64,000 nt of DNA, taken from Alphaproteobacteria bacterium. Lineage in GTDB: Bacteria; Pseudomonadota; Alphaproteobacteria; Bin95. Location of the stretch: assembly GCA_964291285.2 (NCBI GenBank), contig OZ219787.1, positions 1,760,001 to 1,824,000 of the forward strand, in the 5' to 3' direction. The notes under the pieces were generated by a model. The model was given only the letters and a program-made list of their open reading frames with translations, did no database searches and was not told where the DNA came from. The first letter of the stretch is position 1. Every line of letters begins with the position of its first letter. This document shows positions 7,925 through 19,271 of the stretch, one piece after another. The position numbers were made by a program, and so were the translations under genes.

Positions 7925-8999
7925 TCAGGCGACGGCGTAGTCCCTGAGGACTTCCAGGTCCGGGTCCCGCCCGAGTCCGGGGACGTCCGGCACGGCGATG
8001 CGCCCGTCTTCGACCTTGCAGAGGTCGCCGAAAATTTCCGCCTCGTGCACGCCGAAGAAGCGCTCCACCGGCTCCTCGGCGTCCGCCACGGCAAGCAGGT
8101 GCAGCGTTGCGAGGAAGCCCGGCCCGAAATAGGGCGAGTGCGGCACATAGCGGACATTGCGCAGGTTGCAGAGCGCCTCGACCTTGCGCATCTCGGTCAC
8201 GCCGCCGACCTTGGTGACGCTCGGCTGGGCCACGTCCACCGCATCGGCCTCCAGCATGGCCTGGAACTGCCACGCCGTGCAGAGGTTCTCGCCGGCCGCA
8301 ATGCCCATGTCGAACAGGCCCCGCAGCTCGGCGAGGCCGGCGAAGTTCTCCGGCGGCCAGATCGGCTCCTCCAGCCAGTGCACACCGTGCGGCTCGAAGG
8401 ACTCCGCCTTCGCCAGCGCCTCCGCCAGGGTCCAGGGGCAGTTGGTGTCCACCATCAGCCTGGCCTCCGCCGGAATGGCGGCGCGGGCGGCGGCCACCGC
8501 CGGCTCCATCCGCTCATGCAGCTTGATCCACCGGTAGCCCTGAGAGGCGGCGGCGGCGCAGCGCTCGCCCACGAGGTCCGGCTCGAAATAGCGCAAGAGG
8601 CTCGCATAGGCTTCCAGCGACATGCGCTGCGCGCCGCCGAGCAGGCGGTGCAGCGGCATCCCCGCAGCCTTGGCGGCGATGTCCCAGAGCGCGATGTCCA
8701 GGCCGGAGAGCGCGTAGATCGTCTGCCCGTAACGCCCGAAGATGTGCAGCAGCTTCTGGAGTTCGGCGTGCAGGGCGGCGATGTCGCCGGCGTCCCGGCC
8801 GATGACGAGCGGGGCGATCATCGTCTCCAGCGCCGCCCGTGTGGAGGGGATGGCGTTGAACCCGAAGGCCTCGCCCCAGCCGACATGGCCTTCGTCGGTC
8901 TCGACCCTTATGAGCAGCGTGTCGAGATTGCGCCATTCCGTGCCGCCGAAGCCTGTAGGCGGGCCGCCATGGTCGAACGGGATCGACAGGGTGACGGTC

Positions 9000-9019
<20 letters not shown>
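7925..9019 (-). CDS. Mandelate racemase/muconate lactonizing enzyme family (enolase superfamily)
   Basis: VETDEGHVGWGEA, SGLDIALWDI, IKLH, LMVDTN, WLEEP, AAGEN, QPSVTKVGG, PGLG; TTG start with GAGAGGGG RBS. Confidence 0.88.
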
Positions 9020-10078
<1,059 letters not shown>

Positions 10079-10082
<4 letters not shown>

Positions 10083-10321
10083 CGGAAGGCCTTGAAGGTT
10101 ATCAGCGTGAACGTGTCGGTGACGCCCGGCAGCGTCTGCAGGCGCTCGGTGACGAAATGGCCGGGATCGGCGCCGTCCTCCAGGTAGCACTTGACCAGCA
10201 GGTCGTACTGCCCGGACGTGGAATAGATTTCCGAAGCCTGCTCGACGTCCTGCGCCAGACGGTCGGCGACCTCATAGGCCTTGCCGAGCGAACATTTCAC
10301 CATCACGAAGATTGGTCGCAT
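10079..10321 (-). CDS. Stand-alone Lrp/AsnC ligand-binding (RAM) domain protein
   Basis: 80 aa; IFVMVK, IYSTSGQYDLLVK, LPGVTDTFTLI; no HTH. Confidence 0.8.
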
Positions 10322-10348
10322 ACAGGCCTCCCGACCCGGGGCCAGGCC

Positions 10349-11725
10349 TCAGGCCGACTGCGCATCCGGATCGGCGCCCGGACGCAGCAGGAAAGCCGGA
10401 ATGTGCTCGCCGAAGGCCGTATCCGGGCGTTGCGCATCGACCGGCGGCGCGGCCCGGCGTCCCCGCTCCTTTGCGGCAGGCGGCGCCGTCCTGCGGCTCG
10501 GCCGGTCTTTCGGGACGGCGTTGCGTTCGGCCGGAGCGGTGCGCTCTGCGGGGACCGTCCGGCTGCGGCGACGGCGCTTCGGCTCGTCGTCCCAGTTCGC
10601 GGCCTCGACCGTTTCCAGCGTGCGCCGGGGCACATCGCGGCCGATCAGTTTCTCGATCCGCCCGGCATGAAAGGCGTCCTCCGGCTCCGCGATGGTGATG
10701 GCGGTGCCCGGCCGTCCCGCCCGCCCGGTCCTCCCGATGCGGTGGACATAGTCTTCCGCATGGATCGGCACGTCGAAGTTGAAGACATGGCTGACGCGGG
10801 GGATGTCGAGGCCGCGCGCCGCCACGTCGGAGGCCACCAGCAGCCGGAGCTCGCCCGAACGGAAGCGGTCGAGCGCCTCCGTGCGCCGGAACTGCGGCAT
10901 GTCGCCATGCAGCGCCGATGCGTCGAATCCATGCTTTGTCAGCGACTTCACGAGGATATCGACGTCGCGCTTGCGGTTGCAGAACACGAGGCCGTTCTCG
11001 ATATCCTCCGAGCGCAGGATTTCCCGCAAGGCCGCACGCTTGTCGTCGCGGTGGACCAGCGCCAGCTGCTGATCGACCGTTTCCGCCGGGGACGCCGGCG
11101 GCGCCACCGCAATTTCCTTTGGATCGTCCAGGAAATTATCGGCCAGCTTGCGGATCTCGGCCGGCATCGTCGCCGAGAAGAACAGCGTCTGGCGCTTCCT
11201 CGGCAGCAGGCCGACGATGCGTTCGATATCGGGGATGAAACCCATGTCCAGCATACGGTCGGCTTCGTCGATGACGAGCACCTTGACGTCGCTCAGCAGG
11301 ATGCGTCCGCGCTCGAAAAGGTCGATCAGCCGGCCCGGCGTGGCGATGAGCACATCGACGCCGCGCCCCAGCGCCTTTTCCTGGTCGGCGAAACTCTCTC
11401 CGCCGATCAGCAGGGCCGTGCTCAGCCGGTGATACCTGCCGTAACGGTCGAAATTCTCGTTCACCTGGGCGGCAAGCTCGCGCGTCGGCTCCAGGATGAG
11501 CGAACGCGGCATCCGCGCCCGCGCCCGCCCGCTTGTGAGCATGTCGATCATCGGCAGGGTGAATCCGGCGGTCTTGCCGGTGCCGGTCTGCGCGCAACCG
11601 AGGACGTCCCGTCCCATGAGCACGACCGGAATTGCCTGTTCCTGAATCGGCGTCGGCTCGGTGTAGCCCGAGTCCTCAACCGCTTTGAGCGTCTCTTCGC
11701 TCAGTCCGAGATTTTGGAATGTCAT
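10349..11725 (-). CDS. DEAD-box RNA helicase (RhlE-like)
   Basis: Q motif PTPIQ, AQTGTGKT, PTRELA, DEAD, SAT, HRIGRTGRAG. Confidence 0.95.
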   Translation of the reverse strand: MTFQNLGLSEETLKAVEDSGYTEPTPIQEQAIPVVLMGRDVLGCAQTGTGKTAGFTLPMIDMLTSGRARARMPRSLILEPTRELAAQVNENFDRYGRYHRLSTALLIGGESFADQEKALGRGVDVLIATPGRLIDLFERGRILLSDVKVLVIDEADRMLDMGFIPDIERIVGLLPRKRQTLFFSATMPAEIRKLADNFLDDPKEIAVAPPASPAETVDQQLALVHRDDKRAALREILRSEDIENGLVFCNRKRDVDILVKSLTKHGFDASALHGDMPQFRRTEALDRFRSGELRLLVASDVAARGLDIPRVSHVFNFDVPIHAEDYVHRIGRTGRAGRPGTAITIAEPEDAFHAGRIEKLIGRDVPRRTLETVEAANWDDEPKRRRRSRTVPAERTAPAERNAVPKDRPSRRTAPPAAKERGRRAAPPVDAQRPDTAFGEHIPAFLLRPGADPDAQSA

Positions 11726-11864
11726 GTGTTCTGTCGAACGATCTCTCATCAAATAGAGTTGCCGGAGTTCTTATGGCGACTTCGGGAATTGTCAAGGACT
11801 TCCGTCCGGTTCCGGCGCTTTCGGCGTGAATTTACGGCAAGGCCGAATGTCGCAGACGATGCCT

Positions 11865-12873
11865 CTAAACGAGGCGGTTGGGCGGATTGCGCCCGGCAAA
11901 CAGGGCTTCCAGCCCCGAGATCACATGCTCGGCCATCGCAAGCCTGGTTTCCATCGTGGAACTGCCGATATGCGGCTGCACGTAAATGCGCTCGAGCCGC
12001 AGATAGGCCGGGTGTACATCCGGTTCGCCGTCGAACACGTCCAGGCCGGCTCCGGCGAGGTGTCCGCTTTCCACCGCCGCGGTCAGGGCGTCGTCATCGA
12101 CCAGGCTGCCGCGCGCAATGTTCACGACCAGCGCGCCTTGCGGAAGGCGGGCAATCCGTTCCGCATTCAGCCAGTAACGGGTTTCCGGCGAAGCGGGGGC
12201 CGCGATGACCAGAATGTCGCTGCGGGACAGGAACTCTCTCTCGTCGGCGAAATAGAGGCCTGCCCCGGCTTCCAGCGGCCGGCGGTTGTGATAGCCGATT
12301 TCCATGTCGAACGCCCGGGCGCGTCCGGCGATCTCGCGCCCGATTCGGCCCATCCCGAATATCCCGAGCCGCTTGCCGGTCACCTCGGTGCCGATCAGCT
12401 GGCGCGGCCCCCAGCCCTTCCATCTGCTTTCGACGATCAACGCCTGCCCCTCGCGCGCGCGGCGGGCGGGCGCGGGCATGTCGCCGCTCGCGACGGCGCT
12501 GGGCCTGCCCCTCGCGCGCGCGGCGGGCGGCGCCCAGCATCAGCAGCATGGCGTTGTCGGCCACCGAAGCGCTGAGCACGTCCGGCGTATAGACGACGGG
12601 AATACCGCGCGCCCGCAAGGCGTCGAGATCGAGATGCTCATGGCCGACGGAATAGGTGCCGACCGCCTTCAGCGAGGAGGGAAGGCCGGCGATGGCGGCG
12701 GCGTCGAGACGCTCGCTCGTGTTTATGACGAGCGCGTCCATGCCCTCGCAGGCGGCGGCCACGTCGGCGGAAGAAAGCCGGCGGTCGTCGACATTCATCA
12801 CCACGTCGAACGACCGGGCGAACCGGGCCTCCACGGGTTCCGGCAGGCGCCGCGTGACGAAGATGCGTTTCAT
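11865..12873 (-). pseudogene. D-isomer 2-hydroxyacid dehydrogenase (glyoxylate/hydroxypyruvate reductase-like) frameshifted by a 61-bp insertion
   Basis: N-half (SVGHEHLD, YTPDVLS..VAD) and C-half (GIFGMGRIG, NIARG, GLDVF..EP, PHIGS) in different frames; 28-bp duplication at 12442-12469 and 12503-12530. Confidence 0.85.
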
Positions 12874-12910
12874 CGCCTGCTCCTTTGCCGAAGCACGCCG
12901 CCCGGCCGGG

Positions 12911-13819
12911 CTATGCGCCGAGTATTTCGCCCGTTTCCAGGCCCGCCTCCGCGGCGGCGACCTTCCCGGCGCCGTCCGGGCGGACCCGGATTGCGCGGAC
13001 CGCCCCGCCGCCGGCCGCGATCACGGCCCCGTCGTCGCCCACCGACAGGACCGTTCCGGGCTTCGCATCGGCCGGAGCATCATCGAGGCGCGCATCGAAT
13101 ATCTGGAGTTTCGCGCCGTTGCGCATCGTCCAGGCGCCCGGCTGGGGGTTGCAGCCGCGAATGAGGTTGTAGATTTCATCCGCCGGGCGCGACCAGTCGA
13201 TCCCGGCACCGTCCGCGGTGCACCAGCTCTCATAGGTCGCCTGCGCCTCGTCCTGCGCGAGCTTCGGGGCCTTGCCGTCGCGCACGAGATCGACGGCTTC
13301 CAGCATCGCGTCCACGCCCATCGGGAACAGGCGGTCGAAATAGATGCTGCCCAGCGTGTCGTCGGGGCCGATGGCGGTTTTCTTCTGCAGCAGTACGGGA
13401 CCGGTATCGAGGCCGTCGTCGGGCCAGAAGATGGTGAGGCCTGTTTCCGTGCGGCCCTGGATGATCGGCCAGTTGATCGAGCTCGGGCCGCGATGCAGCG
13501 GCAGCAGGGAAGGGTGGTACTGGATGGTGCCGAGCGTCGGGAGGTCGAGGAAGGAGGACGGCACGATCTTCGTCACATAGGCCATGACGCAGAGGTCCGG
13601 CTTCAGCGCCGCGAATTTCTCATGGACGGCCGGGTCGCGGAAGCTCTTCGGCTGGAAGACGGGCAGGCCGTGCTCCGCGGCGGCGGCCTTCAACGGGTCC
13701 GGGCGATCGGGTCTCGCATCGGGCGCGCAATAGACCGCGACGACCTCCTCGCCGCGCGCCACCAGCGCGTCGAGCACCGCCTTGCCGAAAGCCTGCTGGC
13801 CATTGACGACGATACGCAT
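12911..13819 (-). CDS. Formyltransferase family protein (Fmt-like; resembles the 10-formyl-THF dehydrogenase N-terminal domain)
   Basis: GQQAFG, YHPSLLPLHRGPSSINW, WPDDGLDTGP, IRGCNPQPGAW. Confidence 0.8.
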   Translation of the reverse strand: MRIVVNGQQAFGKAVLDALVARGEEVVAVYCAPDARPDRPDPLKAAAAEHGLPVFQPKSFRDPAVHEKFAALKPDLCVMAYVTKIVPSSFLDLPTLGTIQYHPSLLPLHRGPSSINWPIIQGRTETGLTIFWPDDGLDTGPVLLQKKTAIGPDDTLGSIYFDRLFPMGVDAMLEAVDLVRDGKAPKLAQDEAQATYESWCTADGAGIDWSRPADEIYNLIRGCNPQPGAWTMRNGAKLQIFDARLDDAPADAKPGTVLSVGDDGAVIAAGGGAVRAIRVRPDGAGKVAAAEAGLETGEILGA

Positions 13820-13902
13820 GGGCACCCCCCTCCTCATCCCGGGCAGGCGCAGTCTATAACACGCTTGACCGTCTGCGGGGGGCCGCGTAGCAGGCTGGAG
13901 CC

Positions 13903-14883
13903 ATGATCGCTTTCACCCTCCGGCGCCTGATGCAGTCCCTCGTCGTGATCCTGTTCGTGGCGCTGATCGCGTTCTCCATGTTCCGCTTCGTCGGCGACCC
14001 GGTGCACCAGATGGTCGGCATCGAGACGACGCTGGAGGAACGCGAGGCCCTGCGGGAACGCCTCGGCCTGAACGATCCCTTCCATATCCAGTTCGCACGC
14101 TATATCGCCAATGCCGCACGGCTCGATTTCGGCGTTTCCTACCAGCACAAGAAGCCGGTTACGGAAATGATCGGCGCGCGCTTTCCGGCGACCTTCGAGC
14201 TGGCTATGGTCTCGGCCCTGCTGGCGCTCGCGGTCGGCGTGCCGATGGGCGTCTTCACCGGGCTCTACCGCGACAGCCTGCTCTCCAAGGTCTTCATGGC
14301 GGTGTCGCTTGCCGGCATTTCGCTGCCAACCTTCCTGATCGGCATTCTTCTGATCTTCGTGTTCTCGGTGACGCTCGGGGTGATGCCGAGTTTCGGGCGG
14401 GGGGAGACCGTCGATCTCGGCGGCTGGACGACCGGATTGCTGACCGGCAGCGGCCTGCAGGCCCTCGTCATGCCGGCGGTCACGCTCGGCCTCTTCCAGA
14501 TGACCCTCATCATGCGCCTCGTGCGCTCGGAAATGCTGGAAGTGCTGCGCACGGACTACATCAAATTCGCCCGGGCGCGCGGGCTCTCCAACCGGGCCGT
14601 CCATTTTGGCCATGCGCTGAAGAACACGCTGGTGCCCGTCATCACCATTACCGGGCTGCAGCTCGGCGGCATCATCGCGTTCGCGATCATTACGGAGACG
14701 GTCTTCCAGTGGCCTGGAATGGGCCTCCTGTTCCTGCAGTCCATCCAGACGGTCGATATCCCGATCATGGCCGCATACCTCATGCTGATCGCGTTCCTCT
14801 TCGTCGCGATCAACCTCGCCGTGGACCTGCTCTACTACGTCGTTGACCCGCGCCTCAGACTCGACCGGGGTGCGGCCTGGTGA
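13903..14883 (+). CDS. Dipeptide/oligopeptide ABC permease (DppB-like)
   Basis: GDP, RFPATFEL, DYIKFARARGL (EAA loop), HALKN, ETVFQWPGMG. Confidence 0.93.
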   Translation: MIAFTLRRLMQSLVVILFVALIAFSMFRFVGDPVHQMVGIETTLEEREALRERLGLNDPFHIQFARYIANAARLDFGVSYQHKKPVTEMIGARFPATFELAMVSALLALAVGVPMGVFTGLYRDSLLSKVFMAVSLAGISLPTFLIGILLIFVFSVTLGVMPSFGRGETVDLGGWTTGLLTGSGLQALVMPAVTLGLFQMTLIMRLVRSEMLEVLRTDYIKFARARGLSNRAVHFGHALKNTLVPVITITGLQLGGIIAFAIITETVFQWPGMGLLFLQSIQTVDIPIMAAYLMLIAFLFVAINLAVDLLYYVVDPRLRLDRGAAW

Positions 14884-15782
14884 AAGGCTGGCGGGACAGC
14901 GACCTCTGGTATTCCTTCACGCGCTCGTGGATCACGGTCGTGGCCGCAAGCATCGCCGGCGTCGTGATTCTGGCGGCGTTCCTCGCGCCGCTCATCGCGC
15001 CCCACAACCCGTTCGACCTCGCAAGCCTGGACCTGCTGGATGCGCATATTCCGCCGGTCTGGTCGGAGGACGGGGAAACCCGGTTCCTGATCGGCACAGA
15101 CGACCAGGGCCGCGACCTCCTGTCGGCCATCCTTTACGGCGCGCGCATCTCAATCGGCGTCGGCATCGCCTCGGTGATTCTGTCGCTGGTTCTCGGCGTC
15201 GGGCTCGGTCTCGTCTCCGGCTATGCGGGCGGGCGCATCGACGCCTTCATCATGCGCGTGGCGGACATCCAGCTCAGCTTCCCCGCCATCCTCATCGCGC
15301 TTCTGGTGAACGGCGTGCTGCGCGGAATCCTGCCGAGCGAACGCCAGGACGAGCTCGCCATCTATGTGCTGGTGCTCTCCATCGGCATTTCCGGATGGGT
15401 GCAATATGCGCGCACGGTGCGCGGCTCGACGCTCGTCGAGAAGAACAAGGAATATGTCCAGGCGGCGCGGCTGATCGGCATTTCCTCGGCGAGCATCATG
15501 CTTCGCCACATCCTTCCCAACGCGATGGGGCCGGTGCTGGTGATTGCGACGATTCACCTCGCCGTGGCGATCATCACCGAGGCGACGCTCTCCTTCCTCG
15601 GCATCGGCGTGCCGCCCACGGAGCCGTCCCTCGGCACCCTCATCCGCATCGGCAACGACTTCCTGTTCTCCGGCGAATGGTGGGTGACGATCTTCCCCGG
15701 CGTCACGCTTGCCGTGCTGGTGCTTTCCGTCAACCTGCTCGGCGACTGGCTGCGCGATGCCCTCAACCCGAAGCTCCGCTGA
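14880..15782 (+). CDS. Dipeptide/oligopeptide ABC permease (DppC-like)
   Basis: GTDDQGRD, YGARIS, EYVQAARLIG, HILPN, LSFLGIG, NLLGDWLRDALNP. Confidence 0.93.
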   Translation: MKGWRDSDLWYSFTRSWITVVAASIAGVVILAAFLAPLIAPHNPFDLASLDLLDAHIPPVWSEDGETRFLIGTDDQGRDLLSAILYGARISIGVGIASVILSLVLGVGLGLVSGYAGGRIDAFIMRVADIQLSFPAILIALLVNGVLRGILPSERQDELAIYVLVLSIGISGWVQYARTVRGSTLVEKNKEYVQAARLIGISSASIMLRHILPNAMGPVLVIATIHLAVAIITEATLSFLGIGVPPTEPSLGTLIRIGNDFLFSGEWWVTIFPGVTLAVLVLSVNLLGDWLRDALNPKLR

Positions 15783-16764
15783 CTTCGTCGCCGCAGAGGC
15801 GGTCGCGCGGTATTTCGATGTCTCGAAGCCCTGGCTTGCGCGCGCCATCGAGCAGAGCCCGCGCATCTTCCTGAAGGCCGTGGACGGCATTTCCTTCGCC
15901 ATGGCGAAGGGCGAGACCCTGGCGCTGGTCGGGGAGTCCGGTTGCGGCAAGTCCACCGTCGCGCGGCTCGTGGTCGGCCTCTACCGCCCGACCTCCGGCC
16001 GGGTGCTGTTCGACGGTCTGGAGCTGGCGGGGCTGCCCGCGGCCGAGCGCACGCGCTCCCGGCGGCGGATGCAGATGATCTTCCAGGACCCCTATGCCAG
16101 CCTCAATCCGCGCTGGCGGGTGCGCGACATCGTGGCCGAGCCGCTGCGCGCCTTCGGGCTCGCGAGCGGACGGACGGAGCTGGCGGAACGGGTCGGCGCG
16201 CTGCTCGCGCAGGTGGGCCTTTCGCCAGCGGACGGCGAGAAGTATCCACATGAGTTTTCCGGCGGCCAGCGCCAGCGCATCTCGATTGCGCGCGCGCTTT
16301 CCAGCAATCCCGAATTCCTGGTCTGCGACGAGCCGACCTCGGCGCTCGATGTTTCGGTGCAGGCGCAGATCCTGAACCTGATGCGGGACCTCCAGGAGCA
16401 GCTTGGCCTCACCTACCTCTTCATCAGCCACAATCTGGCGGCCGTGCGCCATATCTCGGACCGGGTGGGCGTGATGTATCTCGGGCGCATCGTGGAGATC
16501 GCGGACTCCGGAACGCTGTTCTCCGCGCCGCGCCACCCCTATACGCAGATGCTGCTGGACGCGATTCCGGACCTCGCCATGTCGGGCCGCGAGCGGGAAC
16601 CGATGGGCGGTGAAGTGCCGAATCCGCTCGACCCGCCCGCCGGCTGCCACTTCCACCCGCGATGCCCCTTCGCCAACGACCGCTGCCGCGCCGAAACGCC
16701 GGCCCTGAAGCAGTACGGCCCGGCGGAAACCGCCTGCCACGCAGTCGAGGAAGGGCGGGTCTAG
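15757..16764 (+). CDS. Oligopeptide ABC ATP-binding protein (DppF-like); start uncertain
   Basis: [55 protein letters not shown]. Confidence 0.88.
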   Translation: MPSTRSSADFVAAEAVARYFDVSKPWLARAIEQSPRIFLKAVDGISFAMAKGETLALVGESGCGKSTVARLVVGLYRPTSGRVLFDGLELAGLPAAERTRSRRRMQMIFQDPYASLNPRWRVRDIVAEPLRAFGLASGRTELAERVGALLAQVGLSPADGEKYPHEFSGGQRQRISIARALSSNPEFLVCDEPTSALDVSVQAQILNLMRDLQEQLGLTYLFISHNLAAVRHISDRVGVMYLGRIVEIADSGTLFSAPRHPYTQMLLDAIPDLAMSGREREPMGGEVPNPLDPPAGCHFHPRCPFANDRCRAETPALKQYGPAETACHAVEEGRV

Positions 16765-16779
16765 GGAAGCGGCATTGCG

Positions 16780-17568
16780 TCAATCCGGCGCGGGCGCGCG
16801 GCGGCGGTTGAGGAAGGCGGTCATCATGCGGGCCGGTTCGTCGGTCCGATAGGCGTCCACATAGGCCTGAATGCCGGCGCGGGCGCCGTCGGTCGGCGAC
16901 ATCCGGTCCCAGTCGATAATGAGGCGCTTCTGAATAGCAAGCGCCCCCGGGCCGCAGGCGAGCAGGGAGTCGATCCAGCCGTCCACCGTGGCGTCGAGTT
17001 CGGCGAGCGGGGCAATGCGCTCGAGGAAGCCGATGCGGTGCGCCTCGGCGGCGTCGATCCGGTCGCCGGTAAGCACCAGTTCGCACGCCTTGCCCCAGCC
17101 GATGAGGCGCGGCAGCACCGACGCTTCCATACCGGAGGGAATGCCGAGCCGCACCTCCGGCATGCCGAACAGCGCATGATCGGCCCCCGCACGCATGTCG
17201 GCGCATGCGGCAAGTTCCATGCCGGAGCCGAAGCAATAGCCGTTGATGCGCGCGATCACAGGCATGGGAAAGCTGCGCACGGCGTCGCAGACCCGATGCG
17301 TCAACGTGGCCGAAGCCTCAGCTTCCGCGAGCGTGAAGGCGGCCATCTCGGCAATGTCCGTGCCGCCGACGAAGGACCTGTCGCCGGCGCCGGTGATGAC
17401 AAGCGCACGCAGGCCCTCCGCATGGCGAAGCGATGTCAGGACCTCGACGAAGCGCCGTTTGCCCTCAAGGCCCAGCGCATTGCGCTTTTCGGGATTGTCG
17501 AAGGTGACGCGGGCAATGCGCGCCGCCTTGCCCCGGTCGTCCCAGTCGAGCCGCACAAGCTCCGTCAT
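16780..17568 (-). CDS. Enoyl-CoA hydratase/isomerase family protein
   Basis: NPEKRNAL, FVGGTDI, PVIARINGYCFGSGMEL, FGMPEVRLG. Confidence 0.9.
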   Translation of the reverse strand: MTELVRLDWDDRGKAARIARVTFDNPEKRNALGLEGKRRFVEVLTSLRHAEGLRALVITGAGDRSFVGGTDIAEMAAFTLAEAEASATLTHRVCDAVRSFPMPVIARINGYCFGSGMELAACADMRAGADHALFGMPEVRLGIPSGMEASVLPRLIGWGKACELVLTGDRIDAAEAHRIGFLERIAPLAELDATVDGWIDSLLACGPGALAIQKRLIIDWDRMSPTDGARAGIQAYVDAYRTDEPARMMTAFLNRRRAPAPD

Positions 17569-17584
17569 GGGCCGGCCCGTCCGC

Positions 17585-18748
17585 TCAGGCCGGATTCCGC
17601 TCGACGAGCTGGCGCGCGATGATGATGCGCTGCAACTCGTTCGTGCCCTCGCCGATGGCAAGCAGGGGGGCGTCGCGGTAGTAGCGCTCGACGTGCATCT
17701 CCTTGGAGTAGCCGTAGGCGCCGTGGACGCGCATCGCCTCCATGCTGTTCTCGACCGCGGCTTCGGAAGCGAAGAGCTTGGCCATACCGGCCTCCATGTC
17801 GCAGCGCTCGCCGGCGTCATAGGCGCGGGCGGCCTGCTCGACCAGCAGCCGGGCGGCCTCCACCCGTGTCGCCATGTCGGCGAGCTTGATCTGGATGGCC
17901 TGGTGCTGCGCGATGGGCTGGCCGAAGGTCTCGCGCTGCTGGGCGTAGCGGAGCGCGTCTTCCATGGCGGCGCGGGCAACCCCGACGCCTCGGGCGGCGA
18001 CGTTGATCCGGCCGAGCTCGAGCCCGCCGAGCGCGTGGCGCAGCCCCTTTCCCTCCTCCAGCCCGATCAGGCGGCCGGCGGGTATCCGGTAGTCCTCGAA
18101 GATGAGCTCGGCGGAATCGATGCCCTTGTAGCCGAGCTTTTCCAGCTTCCGGCTGACGGTGAAGCCCGGACCTTTCTCGGCGAGGAAGAGGCTCATGCCC
18201 CGGTGGCGCGGGCTCGCCTCGGGGTCCGTCTTGACGAGAAGCGCGAAGCAGGAGCCGTGGATGCCGTTGGAAATCCAGATCTTGGTGCCGTTCACGACAT
18301 AGTCGCCGCCGTCGCGCCGCGCCGTCGTGCGGATCGCCTGCAGGTCGGTGCCGCAATTCGGCTCGGTCAGCGCAAGTCCGCCGCGGATTTCGCCGGAGGC
18401 GAAGCGCGGCAGCCAGGTCCGTTTCTGCTCCTCCGTGCCGAAGCGCAGCACGGCGGCGGACATGATCAGGTGCGAGTTGAAGATGCCGGAGAGCGACATC
18501 CAGACGGCCGAGACCCGCTCGACGATGCGGGCATAGGTCGAGGCGCCGAGGCCGAGGCCGCCATATTCCTCGGGAATGATGGCGCCGAAGAGGCCGAGCT
18601 CCTTCATGCGCTCGACGATGTCCGCGGGCCAGGTATCGCTGTGTTCCAGCGCCAGCACATGCGGGCGGACGTCGCGGTCGAGGAACTTGTCCACCGCGTC
18701 GAGCAGCGCGGCTTCGAGTTCGAGATCGTCCGGGGAAGGGGTGTGCAT
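17585..18748 (-). CDS. Acyl-CoA dehydrogenase
   Basis: IPEEYGGLG, ALTEPNCGTD, NGTKIWISN, RETFGQPI, HGAYGY, IGEGTNE. Confidence 0.93.
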   Translation of the reverse strand: MHTPSPDDLELEAALLDAVDKFLDRDVRPHVLALEHSDTWPADIVERMKELGLFGAIIPEEYGGLGLGASTYARIVERVSAVWMSLSGIFNSHLIMSAAVLRFGTEEQKRTWLPRFASGEIRGGLALTEPNCGTDLQAIRTTARRDGGDYVVNGTKIWISNGIHGSCFALLVKTDPEASPRHRGMSLFLAEKGPGFTVSRKLEKLGYKGIDSAELIFEDYRIPAGRLIGLEEGKGLRHALGGLELGRINVAARGVGVARAAMEDALRYAQQRETFGQPIAQHQAIQIKLADMATRVEAARLLVEQAARAYDAGERCDMEAGMAKLFASEAAVENSMEAMRVHGAYGYSKEMHVERYYRDAPLLAIGEGTNELQRIIIARQLVERNPA

Positions 18749-18752
18749 GGCG

Positions 18753-19271
18753 TCAGTATCCCGCCTTGTCATCGACGGCATGGCCGCGTTTCGGGACCAG
18801 CATGTTGCGCTCGAAGCTCATGAAGACGCTGCCGTCGGCCTTGAGGCCCCGCGTTGCGATGCGCACGATGCCCTGGGTCGGGCGCGAACGGCTCTCGCGC
18901 TTCTCCAGCACTTCGGACTCCGCGTATATGGTGTCGCCGACGAACACCGGAGCGGTGAGCGCGATATCGGTCCAGCCGAGATTGGCGATGGCCTTCTGGC
19001 TCGTGTCCGATACCGACATGCCCGCGACCAGCGACAGTGTGAAGGTGGAGTTGACCAGCGGCCGGCCGAACTCGCTGTGGCGGGCATATTCCTTGTCGAA
19101 ATGGATCGGGTGCTGGTTCATCGTCAGCAGGGTGAACCAGGTGTTGTCGCTCTCGGTGATGGTGCGCCCCGGCCGGTGCTCGTAGACATGGCCGACGGCG
19201 AAGTCCTCGAAATAGCGACCGTAGCTTTCGCGGAACCGGTTGGGCCCCACCTCCCGGGCTTCGGCGCTCAT
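18753..19271 (-). CDS. MaoC family (R)-specific acyl-CoA hydratase/dehydratase
   Basis: GRYFEDF, GRTITESDN, NQHPIHFD, NLGW, PVFVGDT, ESRSRP. Confidence 0.9.
   Translation of the reverse strand: MSAEAREVGPNRFRESYGRYFEDFAVGHVYEHRPGRTITESDNTWFTLLTMNQHPIHFDKEYARHSEFGRPLVNSTFTLSLVAGMSVSDTSQKAIANLGWTDIALTAPVFVGDTIYAESEVLEKRESRSRPTQGIVRIATRGLKADGSVFMSFERNMLVPKRGHAVDDKAGY

Noticed and set aside
11865-12873. Programmed ribosomal frameshift in the 2-hydroxyacid dehydrogenase
   Set aside because: No slippery heptamer; the shift is fully explained by a 61-bp insertion with a duplicated segment
12911-13819. Gene symbol fmt
   Set aside because: The N-terminal motif and gene context differ from canonical Fmt, so the symbol was withheld
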